Origin: Acutalibacteraceae bacterium
Lineage (GTDB): Bacteria; Bacillota; Clostridia; Oscillospirales; Acutalibacteraceae
Direction: 5' to 3'
NCBI GenBank assembly: GCA_051881315.1
Contig: JBJEPQ010000019.1
Span: forward strand, 16,570-80,569
DNA length: 64,000 bases
Part shown: positions 7,741-16,393 of the stretch, piece by piece
How positions within the stretch are numbered: the stretch's first letter is position 1
Layout: each line of letters begins with the position of its first letter
Notes under the pieces: generated by a model
Seen by the model: only the letters and a program-made list of their open reading frames with translations
Database searches by the model: none
Told to the model about the DNA's origin: nothing
Program-made: the position numbers and the translations under genes

Positions 7741-9939
7741 ATGTTTTTCAAGGATTTCAGAAAATTTGAAACAACTCTTGCAGGACGTCCGCTCGTAGTC
7801 GAGACCGGTAAAATGGCTCAGCTTGCAGGCGGCTCATGTCTTATCCGCTACGGTGAGACCGAAGTTCTTTGTACTGCTACAATGGCAGACAAGCCCAGAG
7901 AGGGCGTTGATTTCTTCCCTCTTTCGGTTGACTTCGAGGAGAAGCTCTATTCCGTCGGCCGTATTCCCGGCTCTTTCCAGCGCCGTGAGGGCAAGGCTTC
8001 CGAAAAGGCAACTCTTGCTTCCCGTGTTATCGACCGTCCTATCCGTCCGCTTTTCCCCAAGGATATGCGTAACGATGTAGGCGTTGTTGCAACAGTTATG
8101 TCAGTTGATCCCGACTGCTCACCCGAGATCACCGCTATGATCGGTGTTTCGGTTGCTATTTCAATTTCAGCTATTCCGTGGGACGGCCCGATCTCAGGCG
8201 TATCCGTCGGACTTATTGACGGTGAGTACGTCATCAACCCGACAGAGGAGCAGAGAAAGGTCTCTCAGATGGCAGTTACCGTTGCTTCTACCAAGGATCT
8301 TGTTGCAATGATCGAGGCAGGTGCAAACGAGGTTTCCAACGAAGATATGTTCGACGGAATTATGTACGCTCACAAGGTAAACCAGGAGATCGTTAAGTTC
8401 ATCGAGGGTATCCGTGATGAGATCGGTAAGGAGAAGATCGACTTCCCGTCAAACGATCCGGCTCCCGAAATGTTCGAGGCTATCAAGGAGTTTGCCATTG
8501 ATGATGTTAAGGTTGCCCTTGACACGGACGACAAGAGAGTCCGTGACGAGGCTCTCCGTCCGATCTATGCGGCAGTTCACGAGAAGTTCGACGAGGTTTA
8601 TCCCGACGATATCGCAAAGATCGACGACTGTCTTTATAAGCTCCAGAAGTTCATCGTTCGCCGCTGGCTTCTTGACGAGGGCAAGCGTGTTGACGGACGT
8701 GCTATCGACGAGATCCGTCCGCTTAACGCAGAGATTGACCTCCTCAGCCGTGTTCACGGTTCAGGTATGTTTACCCGCGGTCAGACTCAGTGCCTTTCTG
8801 TTACAACGCTCGGACCTATGAGCGATGTTCAGATGCTTGACGGCATTGATAACGAGACCGAAAAGAGATATATTCATCACTACAATTTCCCGTCATACTC
8901 AGTCGGTGAAACCCGTCCGAGCAGAGGACCGGGACGCCGTGAGATCGGTCACGGTGCTCTTGCGGAGAGAGCTCTCCTGCCGGTAATCCCGTCTGTTGAG
9001 GAGTTCCCGTACTGCATCCGTGTCGTTTCCGAGGTTCTTTCCTCCAACGGTTCAACCTCACAGGGTTCAATCTGCGGATCTACGCTTTCCCTTATGGCGG
9101 CAGGTGTTCCCATCAAGGCTCCCGTTGCAGGTATTTCCTGCGGACTTGTCACCGAGGGCGACCGCTTTATGACAATGGTTGATATTCAGGGACTTGAGGA
9201 CTTCTTCGGCGATATGGACTTCAAGGTTGCAGGTACAAAGAAGGGTATCACAGCAATTCAGATGGACCTCAAGGTTCACGGTCTTACTCCCGAAATCATC
9301 AAGGAAGCCCTTGAAAAGACCTACAAGGCTCGTTGCTATATCCTTGACGAGATTATGCTTCCCGTTATCGCTGAGCCGAGAGCAGAGCTTTCAAAGTATG
9401 CTCCCAAGATGCTTTCCACCAAGGTTCCCGTTGACAAGATTGCCGAGGTTATCGGTAAGCAGGGCAAGGTTATTCAGAAGATCTGCGCCGAGTGCGACTG
9501 TAAGGTCGATGTCGAGGAGGACGGAAGTGTATTTGTTTGCTCTCAGGATATTGAGAATGCAAAGCGTGCGATCTTTATGATCGAGACGATCGCAAACGAT
9601 CCTGAGGTCGGCGCTATCTATAAGGGCGTTGTCACAAGAATTATGGACTTCGGCGCATTCGTCGAGATCGCTCCGGGCAAAGAGGGACTTGTTCATATCA
9701 GCCACCTTGATGTCAAGAGAGTTGACAAGGTAACCGATGTTGTCAATGTCGGCGACGAGGTTATTGTCAAGGTTCGTGAGATAGACGATCAGGGCAGAAT
9801 TAACCTCTCACGCCGTGAGGCTCTTATCGAGGTTGAGGGACTTGTTCCGGAGAATGAGATCTCCGACGCTCCGAGACGTCCTTCGGGTGATCGCCGCAGA
9901 GGCGGTCCGAGAGGCAGCAAAAGAGGAGACCGTAAATAA
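7741..9939 (+). CDS. pnp: polyribonucleotide nucleotidyltransferase (PNPase)
   Basis: 732 aa with two RNase PH domains, a KH domain and an S1 domain (GAIYKGVVTRIMDFGAFVEI). Conserved rpsO-pnp order. Confidence 0.97.
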   Translation: MFFKDFRKFETTLAGRPLVVETGKMAQLAGGSCLIRYGETEVLCTATMADKPREGVDFFPLSVDFEEKLYSVGRIPGSFQRREGKASEKATLASRVIDRPIRPLFPKDMRNDVGVVATVMSVDPDCSPEITAMIGVSVAISISAIPWDGPISGVSVGLIDGEYVINPTEEQRKVSQMAVTVASTKDLVAMIEAGANEVSNEDMFDGIMYAHKVNQEIVKFIEGIRDEIGKEKIDFPSNDPAPEMFEAIKEFAIDDVKVALDTDDKRVRDEALRPIYAAVHEKFDEVYPDDIAKIDDCLYKLQKFIVRRWLLDEGKRVDGRAIDEIRPLNAEIDLLSRVHGSGMFTRGQTQCLSVTTLGPMSDVQMLDGIDNETEKRYIHHYNFPSYSVGETRPSRGPGRREIGHGALAERALLPVIPSVEEFPYCIRVVSEVLSSNGSTSQGSICGSTLSLMAAGVPIKAPVAGISCGLVTEGDRFMTMVDIQGLEDFFGDMDFKVAGTKKGITAIQMDLKVHGLTPEIIKEALEKTYKARCYILDEIMLPVIAEPRAELSKYAPKMLSTKVPVDKIAEVIGKQGKVIQKICAECDCKVDVEEDGSVFVCSQDIENAKRAIFMIETIANDPEVGAIYKGVVTRIMDFGAFVEIAPGKEGLVHISHLDVKRVDKVTDVVNVGDEVIVKVREIDDQGRINLSRREALIEVEGLVPENEISDAPRRPSGDRRRGGPRGSKRGDRK

Positions 9940-9955
9940 ATAACAGTCAATAATT

Positions 9956-10008
9956 GAGGGCTGTATCTTCGCTCGGTTTTGAGCGACGGTACAGCTCTTT
10001 TTCTTTTT
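9956..10008 (+). terminator. intrinsic terminator of pnp
   Basis: Compound stem (gctgta..tcgctc-ggtttt-gagcga..tacagc) followed by TTTTTCTTTTT. Confidence 0.75.
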
Positions 10009-10029
10009 AAAATAGAATAAAGGGTAACA

Positions 10030-10065
10030 TAAAAAAGAACTGCCGTACCAAAATACGACAGTTCT
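10030..10065 (-). terminator. intrinsic terminator of the minus-strand operon
   Basis: agaactgccgta / tacgacagttct stem (one mismatch). On the minus strand it is followed by TTTTTT (plus-strand 10031..10036). Confidence 0.65.
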
Positions 10066-10080
10066 GCGAATGTTTGTTGT

Positions 10081-10887
10081 TTAACCCTGTGCGTATGCAC
10101 CGACCTGCATCATAAAGTCGCCGATCTGTGCGCCGAACTCAGGAGCACCGTCCATGATGAGCTTGCCCTTCTTTGTGGATTCAAGCATATCGTCCGTTGA
10201 AAGGAGAATACCGAATGCGCTTTCAAGGCAATCAAATCTCATGGTGAAGAACGGCATAGCTCTCTTGTAAGTGCCGCGTCCCGCTCTGGTCTTACCTGCC
10301 TTAACACGCAGGAATGCGCTGACCTCGGGATGTCCGTCAACCGCCCATGCATAAACACGGTCGGGGCTCTTCTTTGCCCAGTCGTGAACAGCCTCGTGAC
10401 CGTTCTTGTTGAGCTGGCTGATGCCTGAGGAGAGGAGATAGAAGAAGCACTTGCAGGCGAGAACCTGTGTTGCCTCGTCCTCGGGACAGGCTTTGATATT
10501 AAGAAGAGATGACATCTTGAGAAGAACAGCCATAAAAGCTGCAAACTCAACGGGCTTTTTGAGTACGCCCTTCATCTTCGGCAGAGTCGCAGGAGCGATC
10601 TTACCCTTGAAGAATGCGTTCATCGTCTCCATTGACTTGAACTCAAGCTCAATGTGAGCGTTTGTCGCAACCTTGTCTGCACAGACTTTCCACTCACCGT
10701 TGTTTACGGTGAAATGAGTTGCATACTTGCCGTTCGGAGCATCGGGATCCAATGTACTGACCTGATAGATACAGTGAATATGCTCGAATTTCTTTGCAAT
10801 CTTAGGATCGTCGGTAGCAATAACCTTGAGCAACGGCAATGCAGCGTTAAGGAAGATCTTATTGGTTAACAATACATCATTTGCCAT
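10081..10887 (-). CDS. uncharacterised protein with two SCP2-like halves (paralogue of 14157..14915)
   Basis: The C-terminus DDMLESTKKGKLIMDGAPEFGAQIGDFMMQV and the mid-region ELEFKSMETMNAFFKGKIAPATLPKMKGVLKK resemble the ...GKL.....F..GKLKI.GN... signature of SCP2/sterol-carrier folds. It has the same length and layout as 14157..14915. Start placed at the ATG at 10887 (the ORF track gives a TTG at 10893). Confidence 0.55.
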   Translation of the reverse strand: MANDVLLTNKIFLNAALPLLKVIATDDPKIAKKFEHIHCIYQVSTLDPDAPNGKYATHFTVNNGEWKVCADKVATNAHIELEFKSMETMNAFFKGKIAPATLPKMKGVLKKPVEFAAFMAVLLKMSSLLNIKACPEDEATQVLACKCFFYLLSSGISQLNKNGHEAVHDWAKKSPDRVYAWAVDGHPEVSAFLRVKAGKTRAGRGTYKRAMPFFTMRFDCLESAFGILLSTDDMLESTKKGKLIMDGAPEFGAQIGDFMMQVGAYAQG

Positions 10888-10908
10888 TATCAATCAATCC
10901 TTTCGATA

Positions 10909-11928
10909 TTATACATCGTCGTCCCAGTTATCGTCTTCCTCGAAGTCCTTATTCATTGCTTCACGGACAGCGGCAACGATACCGTTGCAGTCGATGCCGA
11001 TCATGGACATAATGTCCTCATGAAGACCGATAGGAGCGAACTTATCCTGAAGTCCGAGACGTGTGAAAGCACAGCCCTTTCCGGCTTCAGCCATAACCTC
11101 TGCAACAGCAGAGCCGAGACCGCCGATAACGCTGTGATCCTCAACCGTGATTATACGGCGAGTGTCCATAACTGCCTTGAGAACAGCTTCCTTATCAAGA
11201 GGCTTGATGGTGTGCATATCAAGAACACGAACTTTAAGTCCGTCTGCCTGCTCAAGGAACTTAGCTGCCTGGTAAGCCTGGAATACGCAGGATCCGCAAG
11301 CGATAACAGTGATATCTGTACCGGGATTGACCTCGATAGCCTTGCCTACTTCAAACTTGTACTCACGGGGATAATCCTTACCGTAAAGGGTACGGTCAAA
11401 TCCACGGTTGATTCTGATGTAGTAGGGGCCGAAGTTCTCATATGCCGCCTTAACAGCCTCTGCTGTCTCAATACCGTCAGCAGGGCAGATGAGCGTCATA
11501 TTCGGGAGGGAACGGATAACCGCCATATCGCAGATAGCGTGGTGAGTTGAACCCGCCTGACCGAAAGAAGTACCCGAATGGGTGGCTATTGTCTTAACAT
11601 TGATGTTCTGATAGCAGATGTCGGTGTGAATCTGATCTGCCGAACGAAGAGATGCGAAGGTTGAGAAAGTGGAAACAAAGGGAACAAGTCCTGCCTTTGC
11701 CATACCTGCGGCAATACCGAACATATTCTGCTCGGCAATACCTACATTGAAGAAACGGTCAGGAAATTCCTTGCCGAAAACGCCGATCTTGGTAGATCCT
11801 GCAAGGTCTGCCGAAAGTCCAACGATGTCCTTATGCTCACGACCGAGGTCAACAAGTGTCTGGCCGTAGATTTCCGCTGTTGAAAGCTCTGTGGATTCAA
11901 GAGCCGTATATGAAAGTCCGCCTGCCAT
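10909..11928 (-). CDS. transketolase, C-terminal subunit (pyrimidine-binding plus C-terminal domains)
   Basis: 339 aa: IYGQTLVDLGREHKDIVGLSADLAGSTK, FFNVGIAEQNMFGIAAGMA. The start overlaps the upstream stop (TAATG). Confidence 0.9.
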   Translation of the reverse strand: MAGGLSYTALESTELSTAEIYGQTLVDLGREHKDIVGLSADLAGSTKIGVFGKEFPDRFFNVGIAEQNMFGIAAGMAKAGLVPFVSTFSTFASLRSADQIHTDICYQNINVKTIATHSGTSFGQAGSTHHAICDMAVIRSLPNMTLICPADGIETAEAVKAAYENFGPYYIRINRGFDRTLYGKDYPREYKFEVGKAIEVNPGTDITVIACGSCVFQAYQAAKFLEQADGLKVRVLDMHTIKPLDKEAVLKAVMDTRRIITVEDHSVIGGLGSAVAEVMAEAGKGCAFTRLGLQDKFAPIGLHEDIMSMIGIDCNGIVAAVREAMNKDFEEDDNWDDDV

Positions 11929-12797
11929 TATTTTGCCTCCTTTTCTACACGAGCAATACGCTTCTCATAATGCTTTTTAAGGCTTTCCTTAGCCTGATTG
12001 TATTTTTCCTCATCAACTGCGCCGTAGTGCCAATGGTAGTCGCCCTCCATGAAGTCGATACCCTCACCCTTAACGGTGTTGGCAATGATCATAACGGGAG
12101 CGTCGGGCTCGCCGAGAGCGTAGTCGATAGCGTTTGAAAGCTCGTTCATGTTGTGACCGTCAATGTCGAAAACATGGAAGCCGAATGCACGCCACTTGTC
12201 GGCGAAAGGCTCAAGAGGCATAACATCCTCTGTCGGTCCGTCGATCATGCACTTGTTACGGTCAACGAAGGAGATAACGTTGGTTGCGTGGAAAGCGTTT
12301 ATGGACATAGCTGCCTCCCAGTTTGAACCCTCGTCGCACTCGCCGTCGCCGAGAATGCAGTAGGTCTTGTAGCTCTTGCCGAGAACACGGGCGGCAAGAC
12401 CTGTGCCGAGAGCGATTGAAAGTCCGTGGCCGAGTGAACCTGTTGAAGCGTCAACGCCGACAACCTTGTTGGAATCAAGATGGATACCCATCTTTGAGTT
12501 TGTGAGGTTGAAAGTCTTGAGCTGCTCAGGATCGTTGTAACCAAAGTCGCAGAGAACGGGAGCATAAGCGATTCCCGAATGTCCCTTTGAAAGGATAAAG
12601 CGGTCTCTGTCCTCCCAGTTGGGATCGTCAACCTTGATGTTAAGGTACTTGTGGTAGAGAATGGTCATCATATCCATAACGCTCATACCGCCGCCGATGT
12701 GGCCGCTGCCTGCCCAGTATGTAGTGTCAAGGCAGAGGTTACGAAGCTCGAAAGCTTTCTTTTCGAGAGCCAACCATTCCTGTTTGGTCAATGCCAT
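11928..12797 (-). CDS. transketolase, N-terminal (thiamine-diphosphate-binding) subunit
   Basis: 289 aa: AGSGHIGGGMSVMDMMTILY, ILSKGHSGIAYAPV, and the ThDP/metal motif ILGDGECDEGSNWEA. Confidence 0.9.
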   Translation of the reverse strand: MALTKQEWLALEKKAFELRNLCLDTTYWAGSGHIGGGMSVMDMMTILYHKYLNIKVDDPNWEDRDRFILSKGHSGIAYAPVLCDFGYNDPEQLKTFNLTNSKMGIHLDSNKVVGVDASTGSLGHGLSIALGTGLAARVLGKSYKTYCILGDGECDEGSNWEAAMSINAFHATNVISFVDRNKCMIDGPTEDVMPLEPFADKWRAFGFHVFDIDGHNMNELSNAIDYALGEPDAPVMIIANTVKGEGIDFMEGDYHWHYGAVDEEKYNQAKESLKKHYEKRIARVEKEAK

Positions 12798-12839
12798 AAG
12801 AGTTTTCCTCCCTGTTTTTTTATTATTTATCTCAGGCGG

Positions 12840-12868
12840 TAGCTTTCACCGCCTGAGAATAGGTTCTA
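12840..12868 (-). other. perfect 11-bp intercistronic hairpin between the aminotransferase and transketolase genes
   Basis: tctcaggcggt (12840..12850) pairs with accgcctgaga (12858..12868) around a 7-nt loop. On the minus strand it is followed by an A-rich run, not a U-rich one, so it looks like a processing or stability element rather than a canonical terminator. Confidence 0.5.
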
Positions 12869-12876
12869 TGATATTT

Positions 12877-14142
12877 TTAGAATGCTTCCGGATGCTCTTT
12901 CTTAACAACCTTGAATGCCTCGTCGGCAACCTCAAGGGTGTGTTTGATGTCAGCGTCGGAAAGAGCATAGTTGATGAAGTGGTTGTGGTGTCCTGCGAAG
13001 AAGATACCTCTCTTGACGCACTCTGCGATCCATGCCTGATGGAGCATCATTGTGTTGTCGTTTGCAATTCTGAGATAGAAGAGTGCCGGCTCACCGGAAA
13101 CAACGAGATCGAAGCCGTTGTTCTTTCCTGCCTCCTTGAGACCGTCGCAGAGCTTCTGTCCCTTTTCTTTAAGGATAACGGGGAGATTAAGCTCTCTCAT
13201 CTTGGTGATGTTTGCGATACCTGCCGCAAAGGGGATAGCGCTCATCCAGTAAGAACCGGTGTATGACATTCCGGAAACAGCGTCCTTGAGGAAGTCCTTA
13301 CCGCAGAGGCAGGATACGTTCCAGCCGTTTGCGATAGCCTTACAGAAGCAGATCATATCTGCCTCGAAGCCGTAGTAGTGGTCGGAACCTGCAACGTCAA
13401 GACGGAAGCCTGCACGAACGTCGTCAACGATAAGTACGATGCCCTTCTCTGTGCAGAGGTTACGAACCTTCTGCCAGTAACCGTCAGCGGGAAGCTGATT
13501 GTCAAAGTAGTTACCGTGGAGATAAGGAGTTGAGATGAATGCGGCGATCTCGCCCTCATTCTCTGCAACGAGCTTCTCAAGAGCGTCGAAGTCGTTCCAG
13601 TCAACATAGAGATTGTTTGCAACGTCCTCGGGAAGAACGCCCGGATAGTCGATCTTCTGAACGACTGCGGAAACACCGTGATAGAAGCCGTTTACGAAGA
13701 TGATCTTCTTTCTGTGAGTAGCGTTACGGGCAGCCATGATGGCAAGAGTCGTAACGTCGTTACCGTTCTTTGCAAAGAAAGCCCAGTCGGCTGACTTAAC
13801 TGTGTCAACCATAAGCTCTGCAAGCTCAACCATCTTGTAGGACGGGGAGGTGATGCAGTTGCCGGACTTAGCCTGCTCAAGAGCAGCCTTGTCAACATCG
13901 GGATCGTTGTAACCCATGATGTTGGGACCGTATGCACACATATAGTCGATGAATTTATTGCCGTCAACATCCCAGAAGTATGTACCCTTTGCTTTCTCTG
14001 AGAAGAAAGGCCATGCGCTTACGGGAATGAAGTTACCTTCAGCCGGGCCGAGATGACCGTAAACACCTGAAGGGATTACTTTGGTAGCACGGTTGAACCA
14101 TTCACGGCTCTTATCGTACTCATTGATCTTAAAATTTGCCAT
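12877..14142 (-). CDS. class-III (GSA-aminomutase/omega-transaminase-like) PLP-dependent aminotransferase
   Basis: 421 aa: GTYFWDVDGNKFIDYMCAYGPNIMGY, LIVDDVRAGFR, and probable PLP lysine in CFCKAIANG. Substrate unknown. Confidence 0.88.
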   Translation of the reverse strand: MANFKINEYDKSREWFNRATKVIPSGVYGHLGPAEGNFIPVSAWPFFSEKAKGTYFWDVDGNKFIDYMCAYGPNIMGYNDPDVDKAALEQAKSGNCITSPSYKMVELAELMVDTVKSADWAFFAKNGNDVTTLAIMAARNATHRKKIIFVNGFYHGVSAVVQKIDYPGVLPEDVANNLYVDWNDFDALEKLVAENEGEIAAFISTPYLHGNYFDNQLPADGYWQKVRNLCTEKGIVLIVDDVRAGFRLDVAGSDHYYGFEADMICFCKAIANGWNVSCLCGKDFLKDAVSGMSYTGSYWMSAIPFAAGIANITKMRELNLPVILKEKGQKLCDGLKEAGKNNGFDLVVSGEPALFYLRIANDNTMMLHQAWIAECVKRGIFFAGHHNHFINYALSDADIKHTLEVADEAFKVVKKEHPEAF

Positions 14143-14156
14143 TTTTCGTATCCCCC

Positions 14157-14915
14157 TTATGCAAGATAGAGACCGACTCTGTCAAGAATTCGGTTCATAT
14201 TATCGAGCATGTTAATCATGCCGCTCATTGTGATATTGCCTTCGCCGATCTGTGCCATTGCGCTCACCTTACCGTTGAAGAGGTCGTTGGCAAGCTTCAT
14301 GGAACCGAATTCCATAACGGAACGGGGATCTTCGGGAGCTTTTTTGATTGTAACAAGGTGACCGTTCTTTGCGCGGATCGTAGACTTGGGACCGCCCTTA
14401 ATGGACATCATGATGTCGCCGTCTACGATGTGATCTGCGGAGAACTTGCCGATCTTGTCATAGTTACCGATCTGAGAGATAGCAACGGTGATGGTATAGA
14501 ACATAAGCGTTGTGCTCATGTTGAAGAACTCCTCATCCTTGAGATCCTCCTCACTCGGACGCATATATGCTGTGAGGATGTCGGTGAGCTTCGTGAATGT
14601 GTTCAAAAGGAACTTGATATGAATAAAGCCTTTTGAGGGAATGGGTGTGACTGTACCGTCGATAAGACCGTTGAACTTCTCGCATGATGAGAACGGAAGC
14701 TTGATGTCGCAGTCTGTACAACCCTGCTCCATACGGCATCTGCCGTTTTTGAAGGTGATTGTTGCAGACGGGCCGTCCTTAACCTCAAAGCCTACGGAGA
14801 TAGGCTTAATATCAGCTACAAGGGCGCTTGCTTTCGGATCGAGCTCGCACAGGTTTTCAAGTGTGCCGAGCACGGCATACATATTGATGTATGCAAGTGT
14901 TTTTGCATCTGTCAA
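14157..14915 (-). CDS. uncharacterised protein with two SCP2-like halves (paralogue of 10081..10887)
   Basis: The C-terminus ANDLFNGKVSAMAQIGEGNITMSGMINMLDNMNRIL closely follows the SCP2 pattern (compare human SCP2 [35 protein letters not shown]). The N-half FEVKDGPSATITFKNGRCRMEQG...FNGLIDGTVTP follows it too. Start moved to the TTG at 14915, 8 nt after AAGGAGG, because the ORF-track start (14972) lies inside the promoter. Confidence 0.55.
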   Translation of the reverse strand: MTDAKTLAYINMYAVLGTLENLCELDPKASALVADIKPISVGFEVKDGPSATITFKNGRCRMEQGCTDCDIKLPFSSCEKFNGLIDGTVTPIPSKGFIHIKFLLNTFTKLTDILTAYMRPSEEDLKDEEFFNMSTTLMFYTITVAISQIGNYDKIGKFSADHIVDGDIMMSIKGGPKSTIRAKNGHLVTIKKAPEDPRSVMEFGSMKLANDLFNGKVSAMAQIGEGNITMSGMINMLDNMNRILDRVGLYLA

Positions 14916-14962
14916 GGTGCATTCCTCCTTATCGCTTTTATACAAAGCATATTTTCCATAAT

Positions 14963-14991
14963 ATTGTACCAAATAAATCGTTCAAAGTCAA
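14963..14991 (-). promoter_or_regulatory. sigma-A-type promoter of the SCP2/aminotransferase/transketolase operon
   Basis: On the minus strand: TTGACT (14991..14986), 17-nt spacer, TACAAT (14968..14963). Confidence 0.6.
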
Positions 14992-15065
14992 ATGAAATTG
15001 ACAAAAAAACAGCAAAATTTTTTGAACTTATTATTATAATTGTTGCAACATTTTTATCAACTTTG

Positions 15066-16262
15066 TCAAATTATTGTAATGCCGTTGGTTTTTTCTCTGC
15101 CGCAGGGGAAGATGACCGGCGAAGCCAGCGAATATACATCGGTGCACATATCCTCAAGGGCGAAAACATGACGGCCGTAATCGTCAAGCTCATTGAAATC
15201 CGAAGCCTTTGTCACGATCGGCTTGGTCGCCTTTTCTTTAGCCTCTTTCAGTATTTCTTTGCCCTTGTCGTTCATTGCAAGGACGTGGATATACGGCGGC
15301 TCACCCCTGTAATCGTCGGCAACAAAGCCCATAAAGGCGTGAAGAACAATTCGTCTGATCCTTGCGTGAGAGTACCTCTTGGTCTTGGCAAGCTGGAAAA
15401 GCTCCTCAAGCGAGCTTGCTCTGAGAGCGGCGTCGTGTATTCTGTATTCCATACCCTCGCTGACGTCGGGAGAAAGTCCTATATCCTCGGCGCTGAGCTG
15501 ACGCATACAGCAGAGGATACTGAATTCAAGCTTGGAGATAGGGCAGGGTGCTTTGCCGTTCTCAACCTCACGGGCATAGATGTCCGCAACGGACTGCGGA
15601 ACGTACATTTCCCACTCCTTGTTTTCTTCAAGCATCATACGGCGGATATCCGAGGCACAGGCGAAGTTTTCGCTTCTCATAACGGAATCGTGAGACGCTC
15701 CGATTCTTCTGATCGTCATCGGTATCATATCCGAGCCGAGCTTGTCCAAAGCCTGAAGATATTCAACTCCGAGGGTGTTGTTCGGTTCTTCAAGTATGTC
15801 AAAGAAGCGGTTGCCGCAGACGGCTTTGAGGGCTTCCGAGCGTGCGGAAGCGAAGCTCAGACCGTATTCAAGGTTTTCCTTGAGCCTTTCGCTGACAGCC
15901 TCGCTGTTGATAGCGTCTTTACACTCTATAAGCTCGTCGATGTTACCGCACTCACTGCCGAAGCTGAGCATATCTACGCAGCCGAGACTGTTGAGAAGCG
16001 ATACTCCGCCGTAAGCGAAACGCTGAGCGTAGGAGGTGCTCCAGAGCGTCGGAATTTCAATAACCAGATCAACTCCGTTTTTGACCGCCATTTCGGCTCT
16101 TGCCCACTTTGAGATAAGGGCGGTTTCTCCCCGCTGAACATAGTTTGAGCTCATTGCGGCTACAACGTGAGTCCACTCTCCGAGCTCCTTGCTCTTTTCA
16201 ATCTGATAGCTGTGACCGTTGTGGAACGGATTGTATTCCGCCACAATTCCTCCGATTTTCAT
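15066..16262 (-). CDS. tmcAL: tRNA(Met) cytidine acetate ligase (YlbM/UPF0348 nucleotidyltransferase family)
   Basis: N-terminus MKIGGIVAEYNPFHNGHSYQIEKSKE... has the HxGH-type nucleotidyltransferase motif. The length (398 aa) is characteristic of the TmcAL/YlbM family. Confidence 0.8.
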   Translation of the reverse strand: MKIGGIVAEYNPFHNGHSYQIEKSKELGEWTHVVAAMSSNYVQRGETALISKWARAEMAVKNGVDLVIEIPTLWSTSYAQRFAYGGVSLLNSLGCVDMLSFGSECGNIDELIECKDAINSEAVSERLKENLEYGLSFASARSEALKAVCGNRFFDILEEPNNTLGVEYLQALDKLGSDMIPMTIRRIGASHDSVMRSENFACASDIRRMMLEENKEWEMYVPQSVADIYAREVENGKAPCPISKLEFSILCCMRQLSAEDIGLSPDVSEGMEYRIHDAALRASSLEELFQLAKTKRYSHARIRRIVLHAFMGFVADDYRGEPPYIHVLAMNDKGKEILKEAKEKATKPIVTKASDFNELDDYGRHVFALEDMCTDVYSLASPVIFPCGREKTNGITII

Positions 16263-16321
16263 AAAATTCCTCCTTGTTTCGGTTTATTATCCAAAAATTC
16301 CGTAAAATTTACAATCTTTAC

Positions 16322-16350
16322 TTGAAAAACATATTTCACAGTAATATAAT
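16322..16350 (+). promoter_or_regulatory. sigma-A-type promoter for ackA
   Basis: TTGAAA (16322..16327), 17-nt spacer, TATAAT (16345..16350). Confidence 0.55.
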
Positions 16351-16393
16351 ATAACAGAAATCTTTTTGATACAATATCTTGGAGGGAAAAATT

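Noticed and set aside
14916-14972. ORF-track start codons at 14972 (minus strand) and 32076 (plus strand)
   Set aside because: Each proposed TTG start overlaps a promoter element, so these codons cannot be on the mRNA. At 14972 the TTG begins 1 nt upstream of the -10 hexamer TACAAT, and the next two codons (GTA CAA) read into it. At 32076 the TTG is the start of the -35 hexamer TTGACA. Downstream starts with good SD sequences (14915 and 32139) were used instead.
14964-16112. A 382-aa ORF antisense to tmcAL
   Set aside because: Same reasoning. The opposite-strand gene has a clear TmcAL/YlbM N-terminal motif. This ORF starts inside an A/T-rich promoter region and has no family resemblance.
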